A stretch of DNA of 64,000 nt from contig CM074511.1 of the NCBI GenBank assembly GCA_037379345.1, positions 45,452,862 to 45,516,861 on the forward strand, given 5' to 3'. Position numbers and translations under genes: made by a program. Positions 27,636 to 39,189 of the stretch are shown piece after piece (position 1 is the first letter of the stretch; the number at the start of each line of letters is the position of its first letter). The stretch comes from Perna viridis. Lineage: Eukaryota. Below the pieces are notes generated by a model. That model was given only the letters and a program-made list of their open reading frames with translations. It was not told the origin of the DNA and ran no database searches.

Positions 27636-29925
27636 TATCACAAACCTGCTTTTCTGTGTGGCACACTTTGCCCCTTTGCGATGTTTTGGAAAAATATGTG
27701 AATATGTAACCAAGAACAACATATTTTGTTTTTTCGAAATAGCAAAAGATTTACGATTAAGTCCTTTCAAACGATATTTCAATTTTTCATGTGGCAACAC
27801 AAAGTAGAAATTCAAGGATTCCAAAAAGGCATATATTGTCTCAGTGCATAATTACTGTCAAATTTTTAGCTAGGATTATCGGGTTAAAGGTTTCCGATTT
27901 CGAGGTAACCAAGCATGCTTCATATAAATACATCCAAATTTATCTCTTATTTGTTATATTAAGAATTTAATGCTAATTATGACAGTTCCGGGGTTTTAAA
28001 ATCGATGGTTAACCATTTTTATTCTAACATAATGATATAGAGTGAAAATACTGCATGACAATGTATCGGGTCGATGGGTATCTGACGTCACACGTATATC
28101 CTGTTGAAATATTTGGAAGTCTTTTGTATAAATATGACAGTCTTTCTGTGATTAAATTTGGTACTCATGACGTATGAACCTTCTTTGTTATGACAATACA
28201 GTTGTCAACAAGAATTTAATGTTGATATTCATCTAAAATGTTGGTAATATAACATGCTTGATTTGAACTTGTTGGATAAGATCGGTGCTAGATTCTGAAC
28301 AAAGGAATGTTTCCTATTAAGATAAATCTTAGCTCAAGGTGGTGCATAAGACTTGAACCTCGGTCGTCACCAGATTATACTCTGGACTATAAAGATTTGA
28401 GTACACGGAACTTATGAACTTAATTGGACGGAGAAAATAACTAAAAATTCTACCATTGCTGAAAACATTTCCAATGAAGATAATATTGTCCTCAGTCAAT
28501 CTTAATGTCGATGAAATTATAATATGATACACAAATATCTAGCGTGTTCATAATTAATCGATCGCTGAATCGTACAGGTATTATATTGTAAACATATGCA
28601 AGGTAAAGCAGCACCTATGTCATGTCGGGTAAACATGTGTAAGAATTATTAGTGTAAGCATTGCTCACAAAAAGCTACTTACGCGCCCTATAACATACGT
28701 GTACATGTATACTCTACTGAATATCCATTGTGCCCTTTGGTTTAATGAAAGCTAAAAACTTCGATAAATCAGATACACGAAGGTATTATAAATGCTCGAT
28801 ACAGAATATGTACAACAGACGAGCCAATGGCAACATGGAAGTATAACTACAAAAAAAAACACATTCATTCAAATTTGGGAGTAGTTGTAGGTACAAAATA
28901 GGTACCCTTACTATCCATTTAAGTTAAAGGCCAAGTCCATATTATACTAATTTGACATTATCAAAACTCAAAATACATTTTGTTGAAGGTGCACAAAAGC
29001 ATTGCTAATAATCATTCTTGAAAGTTTCTTGTCCATTCAGATGTTTAGGGGAAGTTGCAGAAACGGTGAAGGTACTCCTGCTATCCATATGAGTTATGGC
29101 AAAGTATATGATGCTAGTGGATTTTCTGGGAATGAGACATCACGCATGCATGTTAGGAGGTGAAATGATATAGTCTCATCGGAAGTTAAACGATGTTAAA
29201 ATTTGAATATCAAAGGGAAACACATAATGAAAACGAAGACAGAAACGCACAGAAAACTAAAATTAGATTATTAACTCATGTCGACATCAAATATCAGATA
29301 CACCGACTGGGTTAGCGTTCATGATCATCTATCAACATTTACACGCTTAATATCTGGTCATTTGGAACCCAGGACAGCTTAATGTATTTGACTTTTTGTA
29401 CGACACGTACATTTTATGATTAGTTATGACATTTTATAGATAAACATTTACATTACCAATATAGCCAGTCCCCTGTGCAAAGCATCATGTAGCTTCTGAA
29501 ATTGTCTGTATTGGCTTTTAGTGCTAATACTCATTAATTCACTTGCCAACTTCTACTTATGTGTGGGTTAATAACCAAGACGGCCTCGTTTTTCTCTATG
29601 TACTATACTGCTAATAACTTCTCCATATATAGTAACGTAGTTCTATTTATGGATTTACTTCTATAAAAGGGTTGACGTAGGTTTAAAATAGCTTCCTTTT
29701 TTCTTTTTCCTTATCTCATAAAGGTTTGAAAGGCGTCAATATGAATGTGAAACAAGCATTAAAAACTATCACCTATTAAACCACTTTTTGACAAGAAAAT
29801 ATAAAAAAACTGATGAAATGCTTTTAAAATTTCCCAAATGACATGTTATTATATACTTTGGCTAAACATATTTTAAAACTGTAGGAGTCAAGTTTGTTCG
29901 GGGAAAATTTTAGCAATTAAAATAT

Positions 29926-30880
29926 TTAGTACAATGCACATAATATTGCGTCGATCATAACTTTTGCCATTAGTTTTCGTACGTAAGTTCTATCAGAACG
30001 ATATTTACACATGTATGATTCTATATTGGTGCAAATATTCTTATAATATATGTTTAATAGGTCACCTTCAAAATAAAATACATGATCATGTGATCGTACA
30101 TGTTTCAGTGCCTGAAATTGTGCCATGCTCGAAAGTGCATGGACATCAAAATAAAAAAAAAATGCATGAAGCTCTTCAAATACTAGTATTAAATACAGAC
30201 CCGGTGGTGGGGATCAACATTTGACCTTGTAACAACAAACTTTAAAGCCAATAAAACCTTATTGATAACGCATTGGTGTAAGGATTTTCTTATGGAACCA
30301 AAAATCAAAAAATGTGCCAGACTGGATGGAACTTCACAAAACTGTTTACTCCGGTTGAAAATGAAATTCACCTAAACTTAAATGTGCTTCTAAGGATTCA
30401 TGTACGAGATATAAGAGTATCTCAGACAAATGTAGTCGTGTTCCAATGGCAATACATCCACATTTATATTCAAAGAGATACTTAACCTTAAAGATTGACC
30501 ATTGAAAGTGAAATATATGAAGTCTCTTGAGGTGGGTCGCAGGCGAATACAAATTTTATATAAATTGCACACGGGGCTTTGATTTTTTACATGTATACGG
30601 CTGTATTTTTTGCCCCGAATTTCGTTAATGATACATGTATGTACAACATGTACCTTTAATTCACTATCAAGTCTCTTGAACTCTCTCTGCAAATAAGAAT
30701 ACAGCACATTGGTAACGTCGTCCGATTTACCAAAACAAAACAGATGTAATATGTGATTAAAGTAGTGCTTTCTAATTTTCAGAGGCTCATTGCAGAATGT
30801 GATCACGTTTGCCCGAAAATCTTTCACATAATAGACATACATAAACGATACCATACAAGGTGTAACAAGAGAACCACGTT
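29926..30880 (-). pseudogene. Degraded intronless ORF, possibly Mab-21/cGAS-like nucleotidyltransferase
   Basis: Chain of broken minus-strand ORFs with motif-like pieces in the expected order: GSLV, SPATHL, INVDVLP, LLALKFV, YLKSFMHF, ALKH..HVFYFEGDLL. Recognised by eye only. Confidence 0.3.
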
Positions 30881-31036
30881 AACAAATAGAAATACATTAA
30901 AAGAATAATTAATAACTAAATTATGATCAACGCCCAAATTTAACGAGTGTGCGAAAAAAGTTAAATCTTCAAGCGTTTTTGGCAAGAGCAATTATAATTT
31001 GACTATTCACGATAAACAATTAATAATCATACTTAT

Positions 31037-31230
31037 CATATAGATTTTCTCAATGATTTACTGTTATTTTCAACATGACTTCTTTTAACTTTGTGATCGG
31101 GCGATTGATATTCGTATTGTAACGTTTCTATCGGGAGAAAGTCCGAGAACGAAATTACAGAACTTATTTCACGTGTGAATTATCGAAATTAAAATTCGAT
31201 AAATCATTGCTATCTGTATGATAAATAAGT
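31037..31230. mobile_element. Degenerate TIR element (MITE)
   Basis: ACTTATCATATAGAT..CAATGATTTA versus TAAATCATTG..ATCTGTATGATAAAT as inverted ends. Confidence 0.45.
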
Positions 31231-31374
31231 TCAATTCATCTTTCATGAGAAGCCAATAAAATCAATCGAATACTTTTTAAAAAATCATGTATATGTAGTG
31301 AATAAATATTTCAACTTTTTTCCTGTATATCACTTGTCTACTGTTGGTTTGTATTAGTTCTGAAAACTAGACTA

Positions 31375-32470
31375 CATTTGCGTATGTCTGTATCTGGTCT
31401 GTTGCCCATGCCTACTTCTGGTCAGTACATACTCCTGTCAACTTCTTGCCTACATTTACCCATGTTTTCTACAGACCTACATGGAGCTCAAGGCAGGGTC
31501 CAAGATTTTAGGTTGGAGGCGTTATTAGAATTAAATGAATTAAATACCGAGCAAAGTGAGGCAAGCAAAAAATTAGATTAAGGATTTGTGAAAAATCAAG
31601 ATTTCATGCAAAAAAAAGGTTTTCATTTTTCCCTATCTCGGGGGGGGGGGGGGGGGCGTACGCCCAGCACGTCTGTCCTTGGATCCGCGCCTGACTCCGG
31701 TGAAATACGTGCCTACATTTGCTCATGCCTACTACAGGCATGAGCATAGTCCAGTAATGACCTATGGTACTACGGTACATTCGCCCATGCCTACTACAGG
31801 TTTGTATATATTCCAGTCAACTGCTGGTCTATATCAAATTCCATTCAACAACCAGCTTACATGTACATTTGCCCATGTGTACCACAGGCCTGTACATACT
31901 TCAGTCAATTACTTGCCATCATTCGTCCATGTCTACTACATGCTTTTACATACCCCAGGCATCGTCTTGCATTCAACTTCTTGTCTACATTTGCAAGTCT
32001 TCTACATACCTTACATGGAGTTCGGGGCCGGGTCCAGGAATTCAGGTTGTGGGCGTAATTAGAATTAAATACCGAGCAAAGTGAGGCAAACGAAAAATTG
32101 GATGAAGGATTTGTGAAAAATCAAGATTTCATGCAAAAAAAAAATGATTTAGACTTTTCCAAATTTTAGGGGCGTACGCCTTGGATCCGCGCCTGACTCC
32201 GGTGAAATACGTGCCTATATTTGCTCATGACTACTACAGGCATGAACATACTCTAGTACCTACGGTACTACGGTACATTCGCCCATGCCTACTACAGACC
32301 TGTATTTATTCCAGTCAACTGTTGGCCTACATCATACTCCATCCAACTACATTTTACCCATGTATATTACAGGCCTGTAACTACTTCAGTCAATTACTTG
32401 CCATTATTCGTCCATGCCTACATGCTTTTACATACCCCAGGCATCGTCTTGTATGCAATTTACTTACTGT
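31375..32470. repeat. Nested tandem duplication: degenerate minisatellite plus two MITE copies
   Basis: Repeated CATGCCTACTACAGG-type subunits with two MITE copies (~31490-31693 and ~32025-32195), each followed by identical ACTCCGGTGAAATACGTGCC. Confidence 0.8.
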
Positions 32471-33482
32471 TGTCTGTATTTATTCTGGCCACACTTTCTA
32501 ATCACAGTGGAGTACTTTGTGATATTTATTGTTTAGCTAGACAGAAAAATATTGTTTCCTGAAAAGCAAAATCATGGGAGTTTTTGTTAATGTCTGATGT
32601 AAAATCCAAATGATTCTTTTATCAGTTACAGCATATTCAAAATGAAAATCTAAATATGGTTATTTAAAACAATCCAAAACTGGAGTTTTATCTCCTATCG
32701 TGATAAAGCAATAGGTCTACTTTGGGAGAATTAGCAGAGGATTAAGTTGTAACTTTTCAAAATTCTATACTGGATTCTGAAAACCCAATTATGGAAATAT
32801 CTTATTTCAATTTGTTTCTATTTTCAATGAAAGCATATCTTCGTATATATTTCAGATTTAGACGAACCATTATAACAGAATTTATTCTAGTTACTATGAA
32901 CCCATTACACGTATGGTGTAGTTAACTTTCATTGTCACATTCATTACATGTCATCATCTATTACGCAGTGGGTTAAACTTCTGTACCTATAAAATATATT
33001 TGTGAACAGGTTGTGGGATTATTTATTTCATCATATGACCTATCAGATGACAAAACGAAGTAAACAATTCTGCTATTTTTGGACTATACAAATACTTGCC
33101 TTAATGCCAAAGATAATATCATGATAAACTGGGTGCAAATCTGGTTAGAAAGGACATTCAGCCTAAAAGAGTTCCAGTGCAGGTGCGTCTATTCGTAAAC
33201 ACTTGCTCTGATATTTCTGATGCAATTTACATAAACTTAGCTTCCATTCGTTCTTCTTTTCTAAAATAATCCACATAAAAAAACAAAAAACATCAAGGTA
33301 TACACGGAGTATATAAGGGGGATCCAAGTAGTCAGGGTGGGGTGGATGAGAAAAAAATCGGCGAGTGGTGCGAGCTTTAAAAAAGCATGGGTATGATATG
33401 AAAATAAATTATTACAAAGAAGGTCCTATTACATGTATTACCTTTTACATGTGTAGTGCAATCCTGTATGCAACAACGGACT

Positions 33483-33503
33483 GAGAGAGAGAGAGAGAGA
33501 GAG
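33483..33503. repeat. (GA)n microsatellite
   Basis: About 10 GA units. Confidence 0.9.
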
Positions 33504-35249
33504 GTATAGGTTACCCCAACTGTTACTCCCGACCTTTAATTTGGGTATGACGTCAATCATGCTTACAGGTATGATCTCTACCGTATCTTAATCATGTCTA
33601 CTATACCTGAGTGTTGGTCGATCGCCACAGTTTTATATATACGTTTATTTTTAGACATCATTTGACTAAGTCACGATTATACCTGACAGAGGGAATACCC
33701 TGAATTAGTCATGGAGCTACACGTTACTATATCCAACGCAGTATATTTAATAATACAAGTTCAGGTCTATTTGGTTCTTTAATAAACATTGTTACTTGAT
33801 TATAGCGTCACATGGGCTCATGGTTCAGGGTACTACTGTATTTAATAAAATCCACTGCATTGTTGTGGCACAACGCAAAGTTCTATATAGCTATCATAAA
33901 GGGAAGGGCGACAGGGTAAAAGGGAGAGAGCCGTCGAAAGAGTGATGAGAAAAGATACCAAATGTAAGAGAGTGGAAGAAAGGATAAAGGTATCTCAGTC
34001 CATCCTTTCAAAAAGGCTATATGTTGATATTTTTCATGTGCCTTGAGTTGGCCTATTCCCAGTCAAACTGTGTAAGATTGGAACTTCATAGTACCTTAAA
34101 TTATGTATAATACTTAAATATACTTAGATATATCATGCCTCGTTTTATACGCGGACGTTGAAAAAGCGCTGGCCCTATAATAAGACTTTGTACTTTCAAC
34201 AGTTCATTGTCTCTATCTATTGTTCATAAAAAAGAAATAAAATACGCTCTCTGAAGATGGTTTTCTAAGAATCTCTTATATTGGTTGTTACCTGGCGTTT
34301 TTGTTGCAAATATGCAAATAGAAACTTGAGTTCCCATAATAAGTTTATATAACTATATCTTAAAGTTTTTAAGACATCTACATCGTGCACTTTGTACTAG
34401 TTCACTTTTCTTTGTTCTGAAGCAGTTTTTAATCAAAAGATAACAGATTTTTCTGTGGTTTTCTTTGTGTATTGTGTTGCTTTATACTAGGTACCGTTTT
34501 CTTTGTCCTGGTTTACTTACAAAATTGTCAAATCATGTAAACATTTAACCACAAATCGATGAAAAATTTTAAACCGTTATATATCAACTTTTTATTTAAA
34601 TAATTACCAATAAGACCCAAGCTGTCGCGAGAACCAGCTGTTTCTCAGGTAATTGGTCACATTGAAAATGCTGACAATGAACTATTGGTTTATATTTCAT
34701 TATCTATCTACGGATAGCCTTGTCAGCTTAAGTCTTTTCATGTAATCATCTTTGTTCGGTTTTTAAAGTTGATGGCAGTGTTGAGCACATATTTGTACCG
34801 TGCCGATTATATTGGGAAAGGTATAAATTGACAGATGGCGCGTGCCATTGTGTATTCCGTTGTCTCACCTGTCGTATGAAACTTATTGTTTAGCGGTTAT
34901 GTTCTGAAAGAAACAGCTGCCACATAACAAGGATGCCATGGTAACGGTCGACCACGGAGCCAATACACAGAACAAAGAACTCCCAAAGATCTAGAGCATT
35001 GATGCCAAGTAGAACTGTTCTAAGTTTTTTTATGCATTACTCCGAAAAGATATACTTTCGAAGAACCAAATCACTTTTTAAAATGTTCTCGGACATGAAA
35101 GTTGATTGTCGATTTGATCTTTAATGTGTGATTTTTTCATTTTTTAAATTTTGAAACAAATTTTGGAACGTGACCTCCACTACCTGATTCTACCATTGAT
35201 ACCCTCTTCAGAAAAAAATGGAAGGGTGAATATATTGTGGTTATACTAC

Positions 35250-35356
35250 GGTAAGTTACAGTGACTCTGAAGTGACTACCCATGGTAAGTCACAGTGACT
35301 CTGAAGTGACTACCCATGGTAAGCCACAGTGACTGTGAAGTGACCATCCATGGTAA
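35250..35356. repeat. 34-bp tandem repeat, ~3 copies
   Basis: GGTAAGTCACAGTGACTCTGAAGTGACTACCCAT at 35250, 35284, 35318. Confidence 0.9.
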
Positions 35357-36884
35357 AACAGCGCCGGATTGATTAACCTTCCCAAAAATTATTTCAATTC
35401 TAAGTTCATTTGTTCACTCTGAAAATCTCAAATTATATTTTTCCTGGAAACTTTTCTCAACTCAAAATTTGACCATTCAGATCGCTATGCCTAAACAAAA
35501 AATTATTTGTGATGAAAAAAATATGATTTAATACTCCACGGATGTGGTGAATCTTCGTTAACCGCATCTGTGCTTGAATTGTACCGTTGTTTTATCAACG
35601 GTGCGCTAGCGTTATTTTGCAGCTAACGAGTGTGCTGTAAGGGTTATTTCAGCGTCACTGACTGATATTTAGGGTCTCGTACTGACAGTCGTCATACACC
35701 AGTTCTGTTAAATTATCAGTCATGTACACAATGAATTTCTAATTATTTACTAGCTATACGCGTTTCGGAGTTCCCTTACTAGCTTCCTACTCATGATTTA
35801 TCGTTTCATTGTCTGTGCAATCGGAGATAATTTCCTTTCCTGTTTTGTTTTAATTCTTATGAAAAGCGGTATTTCCATTATTGACTTCAATATTGTTTAT
35901 AACCACCTCCATATCAAATCAACTTGTTGATGGTTAACAGATTAACACTTGCCAGTCGGTTAAAGAGCTTATAAGAGCTCGTGTTGATTTGTTAAAATGT
36001 ATATATGTGCCAACTCTAAATAAAGTTTACTTACTTACATACCTACAGTCCTAAGTTAGTTGTTTTGTTGTAAGAGTAATTAAAGGAACCAGGATTCGAG
36101 TGGTAATCAAAAGCAAATTGGCGATATTTTTTGTGGTTGTTTTTAGCAACCATCAGAAAAGTGCAGAGGGCTTGGTTCATTCATTTTCATTTCTTAATCA
36201 CTAAACAATGAACATACTAATAGAAATGACAACATCGTAAAACATATATTCAACATGTCACTTTTTCTACAGCATTTTTTTTTCTTCTTTTAATCAAGGA
36301 CACCTCCTAGCTTCTCCATGTCATGGGTCAGATCCCCCATATGTACACGACTAGACCCCTGGGACTGCACATGGACCTTGGTAAGACAGCTCCAACAGTA
36401 AACTATATTGTTGAGACAGTCCAACAGTAAGGTGGATAACCAACATAATGTTGGGAATAGCACCAGCTGCTATTCTTTTTTTTAGTTTATTTACTGCTAG
36501 TTGCAGGTAAATTCTGAAAAAAAAGGAAAGAAAGCATTCGTGAATGTCAATGCATATAAATGCATTTTTATTAAGTAAACTTTTATTTTTGGAAGAACAC
36601 TCTGATTAATACTGACATATTTACTGACACTAGATTCTATTTAAGCGACTGTTAAATGACCTTTGACCCATTCCAATTTCTGACACTGACTTCTAAAGCA
36701 ATATATAGTGTGGTCGGACGTAAGTCAAATGCAACAAATTATACTAGAATGTTTTAATGTTTTACTTTTAAATATCCATGGCCATGCACTATTAGAAAGT
36801 TTTAGCTTTGAGTAGTCTGACAATATGCCTGCTAGAGATACTTACTCAGATGAGGAATATACAGATGAATGATTCACTTCAACA

Positions 36885-38618
36885 TCAAACTGGAAATTCA
36901 ATCAAATGCCATCCCCATACTTTATGGAGCTTATCAAACTTTAACAAAGTGTCAATCCTGGTCTTGTTGTCTTTCTTAGGGTTCTGTAAAAGTAAAATTG
37001 TAAATAAAATCAATATAAACAACCACTAGTATTTTGTTTTTATATTTTCACACCTTTCCATAATTCATTTTGGACACATTTCATTTATGAGGTGTATCCA
37101 ATATTTGCACTATTGTAAACACATGTTTGACTTCTATTTTCATTATTTAAAAAGTTGTATAAATAAGGAGCAGTTCATATAACTGTGATTTACCTTTAGA
37201 AACTTACCTTTATCAGGATACAGGTGTAGTCACTTGATCTATCTGGGTATTTGTTTTTATTTTTCTGTATTGAGCCCAGAAATTTCTTGATCTTTTTTGA
37301 ACTGTCAATCTGAAGAATTAAAAAATCATGGATCAGATACAAAACAAAATTTAAAAGATTTGCATAATTACTAGTACTTCAGTTTACAAAAAATATTCTG
37401 CAAAATTAATTTGATATATCTGCTTAAAATATCATGATAGTCATACAGACGAAAGTAGCCTAAAACATATGATGACATGTAGAATAATTTTATTTTAAAG
37501 TTATATTTACCTTCAAAACTTTGATGTCATTTTCCATACAATAGGCCTCGAGCAATGTATGTTCAATATTAATGGTAACATCATGCACAGGTCCATAGTC
37601 GGCTAAAATGCATGCCATTACATTGTCAGCACAACTGAAATAAAAACAATCATGATTAAAATGAATGGAAAATACATGACACCATACATGTTCAAATAAA
37701 GGTATTATCACTGTTTTTAAGTAGAACAGAAATGTAATGGTATTTATTTCTTTATTTGATCTCAGTGAGGTACAAAGTTCATTGTGATAGGCAGATCCAA
37801 ATGGAGGGGCAGAGGGCCACCTACCACCCTTCTGCTAAAAAAGTTAAAATGAAAAAAAAAACTGGAAATCACTTGAGCGACTCGCCCCCTCCTTTTTAGA
37901 AATTTAGAAATTTCGAGACCCGTCCGCCACTGATTGTGCAACATATTTATACTAGCTTGCTTACTTTTGTAAATGCAAAGCACAGTTCTGGATTCCATTT
38001 ACAACTCTGCCATCTTTTTCTGCATCGGAAATCACTTCCATCAATGTAATCCCTGCTTCAACTGCAGGCCTGAAATATTTAGAAAAAAATGCTTATTAAG
38101 CATAATGAAATGGGATTCCGCGAAAAAAAATCTAAAAATAGACATTGCAAGGGGTTATGCAATCACCAAATATATCTAATGAAGTATCTCACATGCAACT
38201 GGTATTATTTCAAATTTACAATACATTTTCGTTTTGTCTTGTTTTCTTTTTTGTTTTGGCAGAATTTTTGAGAAGACTGTTTAGGTCATGTTAATATGGA
38301 ACTCTGCTAAAAATAGCACTGACGTTACAACTACTGCTGCAACGACTTCCAAGAATGTTTAAAGGCGAAGAGAAAACAAGTCATTATTTACTAAACACAT
38401 ACAAGGCATCAGGAGCTAATTAGTATCTGAAATTGACAGCATTAGCAAAACTTTTCAATAAGAACATCATTAATATGATGCAACTTAACTTTAACGTAAA
38501 GGTCACAACTGAATATGTTGCAAATATATTACGAATGTAACTCAATGTAAAGTTTAAAAAAAACTTACTGATCAATACTTTTGCTCTCCATGTTTTCATT
38601 ATAATCCGTTAGTGTCAT
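36885..38618 (-). CDS. GADD45: GADD45-family protein, divergent paralogue 4 (159 aa, 5 coding exons)
   Basis: Minus-strand exons 38618-38569, 38069-37965, 37634-37511, 37309-37208, 36983-36885, GT-AG with frame intact. Protein MTLTDYNENMESKSIDQPAVEAGITLMEVISDAEKDGRVVNGIQNCALHLQNCADNVMACIL...DVTINIEHTLLEAYCMENDIKVLKID...DYTCILIKNP...HLIEFPV*. Predicted 3'UTR intron 36845-36514. Confidence 0.92.
37788..37932. mobile_element. MITE-like insertion in GADD45-4 intron 2
   Basis: AGGCAGATCCA ... CCGTCCGCCACTG termini with a GC-rich interior in an AT-rich intron. Confidence 0.45.
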
Positions 38619-38998
38619 ATTGAATACTATTTCCCCTTTTTCGGAAACAAAATCTTCCTTGCAAATTGATGTCTTCTATTTTCTTGGGTAGCTTGATCGG
38701 GAATGTCAGTAATACGATTAGTCACGAGGTATGTCATATGTTTGTTGTGGCAATTAGTATACTTCTAGCGCTCTGATTGGCTGTTTAGTCGGACGAGGGA
38801 ATCCTCAAAAATTAGTTAAGTATTCCTTGTTGGCTGGTTTTTGAGCAAATGCTGCAATATTGTATTTGAATGAAAAAGAAAATCCGGAACTCGAATCATT
38901 GCAATGAATTGATACTGGTTTTTAAGGATCAAAACTTTTCAATTGTAGTTTTAATCAATTTTATGACTCCGAGGTCATAACTATTTTTAGACTACCCT

Positions 38999-39008
38999 GG
39001 GAAATCCC
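38999..39008. promoter_or_regulatory. Candidate NF-kB site upstream of GADD45-4
   Basis: GGGAAATCCC is a perfect GGGRNWYYCC match about 380 bp upstream of the minus-strand ATG; a CCAAT box (GATTGG) lies at ~38775. Confidence 0.4.
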
Positions 39009-39189
39009 TTTAAACGTCAATTTATTTTGTAAGTCCGGACACGCGTTTCGTAAGACGAGCAACTATATAGTCTTATATAAATAGTTTTATGCAAGAGCCG
39101 GGCGAGACTGATTGATGTTCCGATTGGTCAAGGATGTTCAGTCAATATTTTACAAGATTTAGCATTTTTTAGAATATATCACATGGTTC

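Noticed and set aside
33036-33066. ATGACCTAT..AAACGAAGTAAAC as a relic GADD45 first exon
   Set aside because: Too short, wrong length, and no downstream exon remnants visible.
39030-39065. Hammerhead-like CGAAACGCG remnants (also ~35757 and ~49730-49760)
   Set aside because: No intact CUGANGA core or closing stems; at best decayed relics.
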